Positions 11,119 to 21,944 of a stretch of DNA of 27,741 bases are shown piece by piece. Origin of the DNA: Chiloscyllium plagiosum (lineage: Eukaryota); contig NC_057752.1 in NCBI RefSeq assembly GCF_004010195.1, positions 12,960,381-12,988,121 of the forward strand, read 5' to 3'. Under the pieces are notes generated by a model. That model did not search any database. It had not been told where the DNA came from and saw nothing but the letters and a program-made list of their open reading frames with translations. The position numbers were made by a program, and so were the translations under genes. Numbering within the stretch: position 1 is the stretch's first letter; each line of letters starts with the position of its first letter.

Positions 11119-11427
11119 TTATGCCCTTGAGTTCACAGCAGATGCTCTGAGCTGGAACATTAATACTTGGAGACAGAAGGGAACCTTCTGTTTCCTATAG
11201 CTTGTAGAATCCAACCTTTTCCCTGTTGATGCCTGCATTCTATTTGCATATAATCTGTGCAGTAACATGAGGTACAACCTGATAGACAGTTCCCTGAGCA
11301 CTTGCTCTCTTGATAAGCCTGAAGCATTTTCTTTCATGTTCAATTTTTCAATCAAAAATTTTGATTGCATCGTGGCCATTATGTTCATAATGAAATGTTC
11401 CTCTTCAGACATGCTGCTCTTTCTAGC
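11119..11427 (-). CDS. Candidate coding exon or ORF of unknown product (unverified)
   Basis: Open frame of about 120 codons stop-to-stop in apparently non-repeat DNA; ARKSSMSEEEHFIMNIM..REQVLRELSIRLYLMLLHRLY looks amphipathic-helical; weak in-frame acceptor CCTTTGCAAG. No family recognised. Confidence 0.22.
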   Translation of the reverse strand, partial: ARKSSMSEEEHFIMNIMATMQSKFLIEKLNMKENASGLSREQVLRELSIRLYLMLLHRLYANRMQASTGKRLDSTSYRKQKVPFCLQVLMFQLRASAVNSRA

Positions 11428-11574
11428 CTTGCAAAGGAATAGCAGGTTTTTAACGTCCAGAGAAGAACAGGAAAGTAATAATTGGGGCTATATTATATGA
11501 TGGGGCAGTTGTTCATTTTCTGAGCATAACCTTTACAGCAGCCTGTACAAGTTTGATAACTCACCTAGAATTTA

Positions 11575-11730
11575 GTGTGTGCTTGCATGTGTGTGTCTCT
11601 ATCTGTGTGTGTTTATGTGTATGTGCACATGTGTGTAAGGGAGTGTGTGCGTGTCTGTGTTTGCATGTCTGTGTGTGTGGATGTGTCTGCATGTGCCTGT
11701 GTGTGTCTCTGCATGTACGTGTGTGTGTGT
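11575..11730. repeat. Degenerate (TG)n tract
   Basis: TGTG/TGCA/TGTC mosaic. Confidence 0.9.
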
Positions 11731-11777
11731 ATATTGTGCAGGGAGGGTGGAATTAGAGGAATTCAGATAATGCAACA

Positions 11778-11965
11778 TCAAAAACAGAAGCTGCTGCAAA
11801 AGCCCAGCAGGTCTGACAGCATCTGTGGAGAGAAATCAGGGTTAATGTTTCACAACCAGGTTAACTCCGATTTCTCTCCACCAATGCTGCCAGACCTGCT
11901 GAGATTTTCCAATAATTTCTGTTTTTGTTTCAGATTTCCAGCATCCACAGTTCTTTACTTTGTTT
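11778..11965. mobile_element. PLE pLTR-derived fold-back element, hammerhead largely lost
   Basis: Arms at about 11779-11846 and 11861-11927 (CAGCAGGTCTG..GGAGAGAAATC / GATTTCTCTCC..CAGACCTGCTG); the right arm has an extra tail of about 37 nt; same subfamily as 3478-3622. Confidence 0.85.
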
Positions 11966-11983
11966 GATCCATTGATAAGAGGT

Positions 11984-12076
11984 GATAAATTGTGGCACTG
12001 GAAAAAACACAGCAGGTCAGGCAGCATCCAAGGAGCAAGAGAGTCGACGTTTCGGGCAGGTCCCCTTTCCAGGACC
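11984..12076 (-). mobile_element. PLE pLTR fragment with degenerate hammerhead
   Basis: Minus: GGTC-CTGGAAA-GGGGACCTGCCC-GAAA-CGTC-GACT (12076-12042); the 5' core is mutated; body matches the 14174 element. Confidence 0.8.
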
Positions 12077-12194
12077 GATACAGAGATATTTCCTGGGGTG
12101 TAGTGTTGGGTTTGGTTACCAATAGTGTCACAAAAAGGAATATGTGTTTATATGCCTTCTGCAACTGCAGGAAATTGAACATGCAAACATGTAA

Positions 12195-12860
12195 TAAGCG
12201 TAGGCCATTCAACCCTTCTAGCCTGCTCCTCCATTCAATAAGATTGTGGCTGACTTGATTTTAACCTCAACCCTACATATCCCCCGATAATCTTTCATCC
12301 TTTGGGCAGCATGGTGGCTCAGTGGTTAGCACTGCTGCCTCACAGCACCAGGGACCCAGGTTTGATTCCAGCCTCAGGTGACTGACTGTGTGGAGTTTGC
12401 ACATTCTCCTCGTGTCTGCATAGGTTTCCTCCCACAGTCCAAAGATGTGCAGGTCAGGGTGGATTGGCCATGCTAAATTGCCCATAGTGTTCAGGGATGT
12501 GTAGGTTGGGTGCACTGATTAGGGGTAAATTTAGAGTGATGGGTTTGGCGGGTGGGTTTCTCTGTGGAGGGTCGGTGTGGGCTTGTTGGATGGAAAGGTC
12601 TGTTTCCACACTGTAGGTATTCTATGAATCAAGAATCTATCTCCCTCTGCTGCAAAAATATTGAAATATTCTGCATCCACTGTCTAAAGAGGAAGTGAAT
12701 TTCAAAGATTCACAACCCTCTGAAAGAGAAAAATGTTTCCTCATCTTTAAATGGGCATCCCTTATTTTAAAACTTTGACCCCTCGTTCTAGAGTCTTCCA
12801 CAAAGAGGAAACATCCTTTGCCACATCCACCCGGTTACATCCCCTCAGGATCTTACGTCA
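12195..12860 (-). mobile_element. CR1-type 3' remnant, host of a HE1 SINE
   Basis: GTAGGCCATTCAACCC tail; the sequence resumes at ATCAAGAATCTATCT after the SINE, colinear with the 26865-27045 copy. Confidence 0.8.
12304..12627 (+). mobile_element. HE1-type V-SINE
   Basis: A box TGGCTCAGTGG 12315-12325, B box GGTTTGATTCC 12359-12369, V-domain TGTGTGGAGTTTGCAC..TTTCCTCCCACAGTCCAAAGA, CR1-like tail CTGTTTCCACACTGTAGG..TTCTATGA. Confidence 0.93.
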
Positions 12861-13012
12861 TAGAATCCTAGAATCCTTACAGTGTGAAAGCAGGCCATTT
12901 GGCCCATCGAGTCCACACTGACCCTCTGAAGACCATCTCACCCAGACCCTCCCTACCCTATCCCTGTCACCCTACATTTCCCACAGCCAATCCACCTAAC
13001 CTGCTTATCTTT
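12860..13012 (-). mobile_element. 5'-truncated HE1-type SINE (tail half)
   Basis: TAGAATCCTAGAATCCTTACAGTGTGAAAGCAGGCC..CCACACTGACCCTC, matching 13215-13300 and 25378-25440. Confidence 0.8.
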
Positions 13013-13084
13013 GATCCATTGGATAGGTTTCAATAAAGTCACCTCCAACCCTTCTGAACTCCAGAGGATACAGGCGAGCCGCAA

Positions 13085-13655
13085 TGCTTTGCAGCTGTTG
13101 AAGTCCTTTTGAAGTGATGCATGAATCAGAATGTCCAATTTGTGCACCGCAAGCTCCCACAAACGCAATGTTACAGCAGCCAGATAATCAGTTTTTAGTG
13201 TTGTCGGTTTTTAGATTCGATTCCCTACAGTGTGGAAACAGGCCCTTCAGCCCAACAAATCTACACCAACCCCCCAAAGAACAACCCACCCAAACCGATT
13301 GCCCGGTATTTACCCCTGACTAATGCACCTAACATAATGGCCAATTTAGCATGGCCAATTCCCCTAACCTGCACATCTTTGAATTGTGGGAGGAAACCGG
13401 AGCACCCGGAGGAAACCCACGTAGACACACGGAGAATGTGCAAACTCCACACAGACAGTCACCCGAGGCAGGAATTGAACTCGGGTCCCTGGCGCCGTGA
13501 GGCAGCAGTGCTAACCACTGAGCTACCATGCCACCCCTCGGTTGAGGGATTAACGTTGGCCTTGAAAACGAGGAGATCTCCTGAGCTGTTCTTCATTCTG
13601 GTACCACACCCATCTCAGGTTGCTGACAGAACCTTGGTTGAATTACTCTTTAGCG
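13085..13655 (-). mobile_element. DeuSINE-like copy split by a HE1 insertion
   Basis: CCAATTTGTGCACCGCAAGCTCCCACAAAC is the reverse-complement homologue of 9020-9055; it continues as GGTTGAGGGATTAACGTTGGCC after the SINE. Confidence 0.7.
13210..13537 (-). mobile_element. Full-length HE1-type V-SINE with 6-bp TSD
   Basis: Reverse-complement homologue of 12304-12627; TCGGTT duplicated at 13204-13209 and 13538-13543. Confidence 0.93.
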
Positions 13656-14173
13656 TCTTTTTTCAGAGTGTGTTCCCAAACTGTGGACAGATGGCCTAAG
13701 GCCTCTTGGCCTCCTTTGGGGATGGAGCACATCACGCACGGAATGTGATGCGTTTACATTTGGAAGTTGAGAACATGTAGTTGTGGAGCTGTTCAGGGAA
13801 TTTGAGGAGCATCGCTGGGTCCAGGAAAAAGCTGAATAACCTCACGAGGCGACATGACATTTGACTTGTTAGTGGCCAAAAGGAGAAAATTGTCCCCTTG
13901 TGAGAAGTTGACCCAGCTTCTTGGTGCTTGCCCTCATGCCAAGCTCTGAATCCCCTAGCAGCAAGGACTTTTCGAAGTTCATTGTGGGGACAGACTGGAG
14001 AAGCAGGGGAAAAGCCCAGCAGGACATTTTTTGTAAAAACCAGGCCTCTCTGCAGAGTTACAGCATTGACATGACTAGGAGGAGGTAACACACCCCCTTC
14101 TTGGTCTCTCATCAGGGTGTGTAAAGGGCAACTTTAACATGGTACAGGGGTCACTAGATTCTTGACTGAAGAT

Positions 14174-14380
14174 CTGGAAATGTGTTGCTGGAAAAGCACA
14201 GCAGGTCAGGCAGCATCCAAGGAACAGGAGAATCGACGTTTCGGGCATAAGCCCTTCTTCAGGAAACTTATGCCCGAAACGTCGATTCTCCTGTTCCCTG
14301 GATGCTGCCTGACCTGCTGCGCTTTTCCAGCAACACATTTTCAGCTCTGATCTCCAGCATCTGCAGACCTCACTTTCTCC
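14174..14380. mobile_element. PLE pLTR-derived fold-back element with 14-bp TSD
   Basis: 78-bp arms 14174-14251 and 14267-14344 (3 mismatches), 15-bp spacer, 36-nt unpaired tail; TCTTGACTGAAGAT at 14160-14173 and 14381-14394. Confidence 0.93.
14231..14266 (-). ncRNA. Minimal hammerhead ribozyme motif
   Basis: Minus: TTTC-CTGAAGA-A-GGGC-TTAT-GCCC-GAAA-CGTC-GATT; cores intact, stem I weak. Confidence 0.72.
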
Positions 14381-14758
14381 TCTTGACTGAAGATATATTC
14401 CATAATACACTTTCCCTAATCTGAGCTGGCTGTGCAAGGACATTCCAGAACGTTGAAACCTAATCAGTGCTGTTTGCCAGGAAGAATGTATCTCTGCATT
14501 TGTCACAGATGGTGGCCAGGATCCCAATAGGAAGTACTTGCGACATGCTACGAGGCAAAAGTGGCAGACAGTGAATTGGTTTCTGATTGCATGAACAATG
14601 AGAAGGCTCAGTAGCTTCCTTCTGTTCTTTTTCCCTCTATTGTTCTAGGTCTAAATTTATCATCGGAGCTGCTCCTGTCAATCTGATAGCCACTAGGGCA
14701 GGCTTCCCAAGCCTTTTCCCGGCGTGACTCCACTGTCACATTTCACAGTTCATGTGAC

Positions 14759-15682
14759 CATAGAGTCATACAGCATGCGAACTGCCGTCTTCGGTCCAAC
14801 CAGTCCATGCCGACCATAATCCCAAACTAAACTTGTCCCACTTGCCTGTGCTTGGCTCATATCCCTCCAAACATATCTTATTCATGCACTTATTCAAATG
14901 TCTTTTAAACATTGTAACTTTACGGCATCCACCACAACCCAGGAAGTTCATTCCACACACGAACCAGTCTCTGTGTAACAAAACATCGCCCCTCATGTCT
15001 TTTTGAAATCTTTCTCCTCTCACCTTAAAAATATGCCCCCTAGTCTTGAAATGCCCCTCCCTAGGGAAAAGGCACCTGCCATTCACTTATCCATACCCCT
15101 CATGGTTTTATAAACCTCCAAAAGGTCACCCTTTAACCTCCTACGCTTCAGTGAAAAATCTCAGCCTATCCAGCCTCTCCTTGTAACTCAAACGCTCCAT
15201 TGCTGACAACATCCTGGTAAATCTCTTCTGAACCCTCTCCAGCTTAATAATATCATTCCCATAGCATGGCAACTAGAACTGTACACAATATTCCAGAAGA
15301 GGCCTCACCAATGTCCTGTACAACCTCAACATGACATGTCAACTCTGATAGTCAAAGGTCTGAGCAATGAAGGCAAATGTGCCAGATGCCGCCTTAACTT
15401 AAAAAAATTATGTACCTCCACCCCTAGGTTTCTCTGTTCTACAACACTAACTGTATAAGCCCTGCCCTTGTTTGTTTTAACAAAATGCAATACCTCACAT
15501 TTATCCAAATGAAACTGCATCTGCCACTCCTCAGCCCATTGACCCAATTGATCAAGATCTCTTTGTAATCTTAGATAGCTATCTTCACTGTCCACTATAC
15601 CACTAATCTTGGTGTCATGCACAAACCTACTGACCATGCTTCTTATATCCTCATCCAAATCATTTATATGAATGACAAATAA
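14759..15682 (-). mobile_element. CR1 3' fragment (RT to tail)
   Basis: Minus ORFs: LFVIHINDLDE..SRFVHDTKISGIVDSED..LQRDLDQLGQWAEEWQM; TRGHIFKVRGERF. Confidence 0.95.
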
Positions 15683-15683
15683 A

Positions 15684-15872
15684 TGTGCCAGAAAAAGTGA
15701 TGGAGGCTGGTACAATTGCAGCATTTAAAAGGATGGGTATATGAATAGGAAGGGTTTAGAGGGATATGGGCCAAGTGCTGGCAAATGGGACTAGATTAAT
15801 TTAGTCAGCATGGGATGGCAAGGACGAGTTGGACCGAAGGTTCTGTTTCCATGCTATACAGTTCTATAACTC
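15684..15872 (+). mobile_element. CR1 3' terminal fragment, opposite orientation and abutting the previous copy
   Basis: GGAGGCTGGTACAATT..GGGATATGGGCCAAGTGCTGGCAAATGGGAC..GTTGGACCGAAGG..TTCTATAACTC. Confidence 0.9.
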
Positions 15873-16759
15873 GATGAACCCAGCAGTGATCCCGCGGTAT
15901 AATTTGGGAGGGCTCCAAGAGATGCTAAGAGAAGGGATGGAGTTAATAGCCATGGCCCAGGAGAGGAGGGGGAAGCACTGATTGATCTTTTGTCAGACAG
16001 TGGGTATATGGCAGATATGGTTATTGGCCCCATTGTGGCTTTGCAGAGACGGTTCTGATTCAATTCTGAAATTTCTACCAATCTCCACAAGTTGAAAGAA
16101 GACCCACTGTAACCAGGTGACCTATATCTTGGGTGAATATTAAAGAGAAAGATTCATAGATCAGACAACCTGTGTTGTCTCCATTTCAGTTGTCCCAGGG
16201 AAAGACTTGGTTGTACAAGTTTCGGGCCTGTTGTGTCTGCTCCAGGTTTTCTGAGTCTTATTTGCCTGTTCTTCTTATGGAGTGATATTCCTTAGTGAGT
16301 CATTTATAAGGTCTTCAGTTATCTTGTGTGTCAATGGAACTGACTGTTTGTGTACCTTTGAGTTCTATGCAGTGGAAAAGTTGATTAACAGTTGGGGGCT
16401 GCAGTTCCATAGAGTTCAGGGTCAGGTATTTTCACAGACAGAACCATGGAGTGCGACAAGTGTCCTCAAGAGAGTTTTGAGTTAACAATAGTTTCCAAGA
16501 ATGGTCCCTTGCTAGCTCCTTGGGATTCAAGGCATTGAGCACAATGTAGGAGAGTTTAAGTGCCAAGTGAAAGAAGCCTATTTGGATTTATATTATGGGA
16601 AATATCTGGCCTTTGGAATGCTAACTAATCAGAATGCATTCAAGCTACATTCACTTGGAATTTCTTTCCTGTTTGTTCCATTGGCTGAATAATCCTAGAA
16701 ACATGCTTAGTCTTGAGTTAAAAATTTGAAATCAGCCACAATGCATAAACTAGAGGGTT

Positions 16760-16950
16760 AAAGGTTCAAATTCCATTCCGGGCAAATGGTCCAAATTGAC
16801 ACTACCAGTGCAGTAGTAAGTGAGTGCTGCACTGTCAGGGGGGCCAACTTTCATGTGAACTATTCAACCATCTGCCTTCACAGAGGTCGAACAGCACTTT
16901 TCAAAAAGGGCAGTGGGGTATCGTTTTCATGCTTTCCTGGTCAATAATCA
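16760..16950 (+). mobile_element. Decayed DeuSINE-like 5' fragment
   Basis: B-box-like GGTTCAAATTCC, then CCAGTGCAGTAGT..GAGTGCTGCACTGTCAG and GCACTTTTCAAAAAGGGCAG. Confidence 0.55.
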
Positions 16951-16954
16951 ATAA

Positions 16955-17130
16955 GCTACTATAAGGAATAATTGAGGTGAGTAGAATGGCTGCATTTAAG
17001 GCAAAGATAGATGCGCGCATGAGGGAGAAAGTAGTAGAGAATCATGCAGATGTAGGTGACTAAAGAAGACTGGGAGAAAGTTAAACTTAAATCGATTGGA
17101 CTGAATGGACTGTTCCTGTGCTGTGAGATC
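16955..17130 (+). mobile_element. Decayed CR1 3' end
   Basis: GCATTTAAGG..AGATAGATG..TTGGACTGAATGGACTGTTCCTGTGCTGT tail. Confidence 0.6.
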
Positions 17131-17145
17131 CTGCTGTGTGGACCT

Positions 17146-17976
17146 TGTTCTGATCCCAGCTGATGAGACAGATCCAAGAATGAAACATGACCTGATCTTT
17201 ACAAATTTATTTTCACTGACCTGATGCTCATTCACTAAAACATAGTCACACGAAGCTGCAGGGTTCTTTATCAACAAAACTGAAGTTTATTATACAAAAG
17301 ATGAAAACAAACTAAACAAACCAAGTTATCTGGACATAGAACACTGTTAGAAAAAGCATTAAAACACCCAACAAAACAAAGATTCAAACTAGCCCTCAAC
17401 ACCATCACTTTACAATTATTCAAATTACAGCTTTATATCAAACTCTTAAGTTTGTCTTAACTGATTCTCCCCAGTTTCTGGGCAATGAGCTGTGGGGTCT
17501 TCTTACATCAATGCTTACAAAACTGAGAGCTAAGACTTTCTCAGCTTTTAATATATTACAACGTCTAACCAAATATCTCTCATCTGGAATTTGCACAGAC
17601 TAAGCATTTCTACTGAAGTAACTTACTCCCTTAACTGCTCTGAAAATAAAAACCTCCTTTCTAGGTCTTTCCGACTCTGGACAGGTCTTCTCCAAACTGC
17701 CCTAAAAATTTCAATCATCTGTGTAAACCACCACAGTATAAACAATTTTCCATTAACACTCCGGGGTTTCCTGATCCATGACAGATACAGGATTGGGTCA
17801 ATATTTTGAACGTACTGTCTGACCTAGCTTTACTTTGTTGTAAAAGTCTTCACAAAAGTAACCAGCACTCACATGCCATTATTTTAAACTCCAGCCTCTA
17901 AACCTGACATCAATCTATTGACATAAATCACACACCCTTGATCACAAAATGTCCTGCGATATTTGCCTGCATAACA
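17146..17976 (-). mobile_element. Probable solo LTR (about 830 bp)
   Basis: Termini TGTTCTG..CATAACA (TG..CA, 6/7 inverted match), AT-rich and strand-skewed interior, minus-strand AATAAA at about 17286-17291. No TSD found. Confidence 0.45.
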
Positions 17977-18292
17977 TCAGTGAGTTAACCTTAAAAAGTT
18001 ATTCATTGTGTGCCATAAAGTCCTTTGAATCCTCAAAGCATCATAGAAATGCAGGTCTTTTTTTAATGCTCTCATTCTTCACTAACATGCTCTGTGGAAA
18101 AGTCCTTTGATTTTCTTTCTCTTCCTTTTAAAAGATGCCTCTTTCCCTGATGTCCAATGGCAAGAGCTACTTTGGCCTGCTATAAAATACATTTAAAGAA
18201 GGGAGAAACAGTTACAGGGCTTAGGAATTTGTTAAAAGAAAATTGTCTTCATCAGTATGTATATGTGCCTACTATAAAAAGAGCAAAACTTG

Positions 18293-19067
18293 ATAGAGTT
18301 ATAGAGTCATACAGATGTACAGCATGGAAACAGACCCTTCGGTCCAACCTGCCCATGCCGACCAGATATCCCAACCCAATCTAGTCCCACCTGCCAGCAC
18401 CCGGCCCATATCCCTCCAAACCCTTCTATTCTTATACCCNNNNNNNNNNNNNNNNNNNNNNNNNNNNNNNNNNNNNNNNNNNNNNNNNNNNNNNNNNNNN
18501 NNNNNNNNNNNNNNNNNNNNNNNNNNNNNNNNNNNNNNNNNNNNNNNNNNNNNNNNNNNNNCAGAATTGCACGCAATATTCCAACAGTGGCCTAACCAAT
18601 GATCTGTACAGCCGCAACATGACCTCCCAACTCCTGTACTCAATACTCTGACCAATAAAGGAAAGCATACCAAATGCCGCATTGACTATCCTATCTACCT
18701 GCGACTGTACTTTCAAGGATCTATGAACCTGCACTCCAAGGTCTCTTTGTTCAGCAACACTCCCTTCGACCTTACCATTAAGTGTATGAGTCCTGCTAAG
18801 ATTTGCTTTCCCAAATTGCAGCACCTCGCATTTATCTGAATTAAACTCCATCTGCCACTTCTCAGCCCATTGGCCCATCTGGTCAAGATCCTGTTGTAAT
18901 CTGAGGTAACCTTCTTCGCTGTCCACTACACCTCCAATTTTGATGTCATCTGCAAACTTACTAACTGTACTTCTTTTGCTCACATCCAAATCATTTATGT
19001 AAATGACGAACAGTAGAGGGCCCGGAACCGATCCTTGTGGCACTCCACTGGTCATAGGCCTCTTCTG
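18293..19067 (-). mobile_element. Younger CR1 insertion with 10-bp TSD
   Basis: Open frame SGVPQGSVPGPLLFVIYINDL..SKFADD..LVRPLLEYCVQF; GCAAAACTTG at 18283-18292 and 19068-19077. Confidence 0.95.
18440..18561. other. Assembly gap, 122 N
   Basis: Run of n. The equivalent interval in the 9325-9915 copy is about 385 bp, so the gap is probably undersized. Confidence 0.99.
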
Positions 19068-21944
19068 GCAAAACTTGGTTTTCTCTTCGGAAATAAGGCA
19101 GAGCAAGTGACTGAAGTGTTAGTGGGGGAGCACTTTGGGACCAGTGATCATAATTCTGTTCATTTTTAAATAGTTCTGGAAAAAGATAGGCCTCGTATAA
19201 AAGCTAAAGTTCCTCATTAGAGTAAGACAAATTTTGATGGTTTGAGACAAGAACTTTTAAAAGTTGATTGGAGTAGACTCTTCACAGGTAAAGGGACGAC
19301 TAGCAAGTCAGAGACTTTCAAAAGTGAGATAATGAGATTTCAGAGGCATTATGTTCTTTTTGAAGTGAAAAGTAAGGTTGATAAATTTAGGGAACGATGG
19401 ATGAATAAAGATATTGAGTATCTGGTCAAGAATAAGGAATCATACATTAACTTTAGACAACTGGGATCAAGTGAATCTGTTGAAGAGTATAAAGGGTGTT
19501 GGGGCATTCTGAAGAGAGAAACCAGGAGAGCAAAAAGGGGATATGCGATAGCTTTGGCAGGTTAACAACACCCCAAAGAGATTCTGCATGCATTGAGTAT
19601 AGGAGTTGGGAGGTCATGTTGCAGCTGTACAAGACATTGGTCAGGCCACTTTTGGAGTATTGTGTGCAATTCTGGTCTCCCTCCTGTTGGAAAGAAATTG
19701 TGAAACTTGAAAGGGTTCAGAAAAGGTTTACAAGGATGTTGCCAGGGTTGGAGGGTTTGAGCTATAGGGAGAGGCTGAATAGACTGGGGTTGTTTTCCCT
19801 GGAGAGCTGGAGGTCCATAAAATCATGAAGGGCATGGATAAGGTGAAGAGGCAAGGTCTTTTCCCGGGGGTAAGGGAGTCTAAAACTAGAGGGCATTGTT
19901 AAGAGGGGAAAGATTTAAAAGGGCCCTAAGGGATAACCTTTCACGCAGAGGGTGGTGGAATAGGACCCCTTAAAGATTAACAAGGTCATCTATGTGTGAA
20001 ACCACAGGAGGTGCGAGAGATACTAAATGAATCTTTCGCATCAGTTTTTACTGTGGAGAAAGAAATGGAGGCTAGGGAACTTGGGGAAATGAACATTGAT
20101 GTCTTGAAAATAGTCCACATGACAGAAGAGGAAGTGCTGGAGGTCTCAAAAACATGAAAGGTGGGTAAATCTCCGGGACTGATCAAGTGCATCCCAGGAA
20201 GTTGTGAGCAGTTAGGGAAGAAATTGCAGGGTCCCTAGCAGAGATATTTGTATCATTGACAGCCACTGGTGAGGCACTGGAGGACTGAAGAGTGGCTAAT
20301 GTTGTGCCTTTATTTAAGAAAGACTGTAAGGAAAAGCCAGGAAACTGTAGAGCTGTGAGTCTGACATCAGTGGTGGGTAAATTGATGGAGAGAATTCTAA
20401 GAGATGGGGCTTCCATGCATTTGGAGAGGCAAGGACTGATTAAGGATAGTCAGCGTGTCTGTGTGTGAGAAATCACGTCTCATAAACCTTGTTGAGTTTT
20501 CTGAGGAAGGAACCAGAATGATTGATGAGAACAGAGCGAGAGACTTTGTGTACATGGACTTTAGTAAAACCTTTGACAAAGTTCTGCATGGTAGACTAAT
20601 TAGTAAAGTTAGGTTACATGGGATTCTGGGTGAACTTGCCAATTGGATACAAAATTGGCTTGATGGGTGGTGGTGGAGAGTTGTTTCTCGGACTGGAAGC
20701 TTGTGACCAACAATGTTACGCAAGGATCGGGGTTGGGTCCAGTGTTGTTTATTATTTATATAAATGATTTGGATGAGAATTTAGGAGGCATGGTTAGTAA
20801 GTTTGCGAATGACACCAAAATTGGTGGTATAGTGGACAGTGAAGAAGACTATCTAAGGTTACAAAGAGATCTTGATCAATTGGGTCAATAGGCCAAGAAG
20901 TGGCAGATGGAGTTTAATTTGGATAAATGTAAGCTTTGCATTTTGGTAAAATGAACAAGGTCAGGACTTACACAATTAAAAAACCTTGGTTAGTGTTCAG
21001 GCACAAAATTCTTTGAAGTTTGGATCACATATAAACAGGGGGGTTAAGAAGGTGCCTTCATTGCTGAGACCTTTGAGTGTAGGAGTTGGGACGTCATGTT
21101 GAGGTTGTTCAGTATGTTGGTGAGGCCTCTCCTGAAGTACTGTGTCCATTCTGTGCCCTGTTATAGAAAGGATATTATTAAACTGGAGAGGGTTCAGAAG
21201 ACATTTACCAGGATGTCGCCGGGAATGGAAAGTGTGAGTTAAAAGGATAGGGTGGACTTTTTTCACTGGAACATAGGAGGTTGAGGGGTGACCTGATAGG
21301 GGTTTATAAAATCATGAGGGGTATAGATAAGGTGAATAACAAAGATCTTTTCCCTAGGGTGGGGCAAGTTCAAAACTAGAAGGCATAGGTTTAAGTTGAG
21401 AGGGGAAAGATTTAAAAGGGAGCTGAGAGTCAACATTTTCACACAGAGGGTGGTTTGTATGTGGAATGAGCTGTCAGAGGAAGTGATAGATGCAGGTACT
21501 CAGATAGGAAAAGTTTAGAGGGATATGGGCCAAATGCAGACAAATGGGACTAGTTCAGTTTGGGAACCTTAGTTGGCACGAATAAGTTGGACCAAAGAGT
21601 CTGTTTCCGTGTTGGATGAATTTATGACTCTGCAAATGAATTCGTTTTCTTTTGAGCCCAAAAATAAAACCTTTCAGTCGAGATTCCGTTCTGGTACATT
21701 CCTCTTCAATTTATGCTCCTTAGTCCACTGAGTTTTTCCATCAGTGGTTTCTCAGTATTATTGCAAGGATTCAGACTTAATTATGGCCTGAGGAATGAAA
21801 GACACTTTTCCCAGGGACAGTGTGGCATTGCAAACCCGGCTGTCTCACTTAACTCTTTGGGGCGCAAAAAGCTTCCCATTTCACCTCATCCTCCGCTCTC
21901 ACCTTTGGGTTGATTCTCCTCAGCTTTGGAGACGTCTCTGTTGC

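Larger units (their letters stand above)
18140..21632 (+). mobile_element. Long decayed CR1 ORF2 (endonuclease linker to RT to 3' tail) with two internal insertions
   Basis: GEHFGTSDHN-like region at about 19130; RQELLKVDW; VYMDFSKTFDKVLHGRLISKV; TQGSGLGPVLFIIYINDL..SKFANDTK; tail at about 21590-21632; many stops and frameshifts. Confidence 0.95.

Noticed and set aside
11119..11412. Assignment as interferon-gamma or IL-12/IL-6-family cytokine
   Set aside because: Only superficial resemblance (helical pattern, TGKR); the diagnostic motifs are absent.
11553..11967. Cys/Val-rich ORFs (also His/Thr-rich ORFs at 1131-1501)
   Set aside because: Translations of TG/CA microsatellites.
12304..12375. 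tRNA gene (also near 13470-13535 and 25630-25695)
   Set aside because: The A/B boxes belong to SINE heads followed by a V-domain and LINE tail; no complete cloverleaf.
13232..13699. 155-aa ORF
   Set aside because: Antisense read-through of a HE1 SINE and flanking repeat.
13732..14112. 126-aa minus ORF in unique sequence
   Set aside because: No recognisable motif, no convincing splice boundaries, and unremarkable composition; cannot be supported without a search.
14174..14344. DNA-transposon MITE interpretation of the fold-back elements
   Set aside because: The 14-15 bp TSDs, asymmetric tail and direct homology to the pLTR behind the GIY-YIG ORF fit a Penelope-like retroelement better.
17160..17189. 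CTGATGA...GAAAC as another hammerhead
   Set aside because: The intervening GACAGATCCAAGAAT cannot form stem II.
18432..19106. 224-aa ORF as a host gene
   Set aside because: It is a 5'-truncated CR1 reverse-transcriptase fragment, lengthened by Ns.
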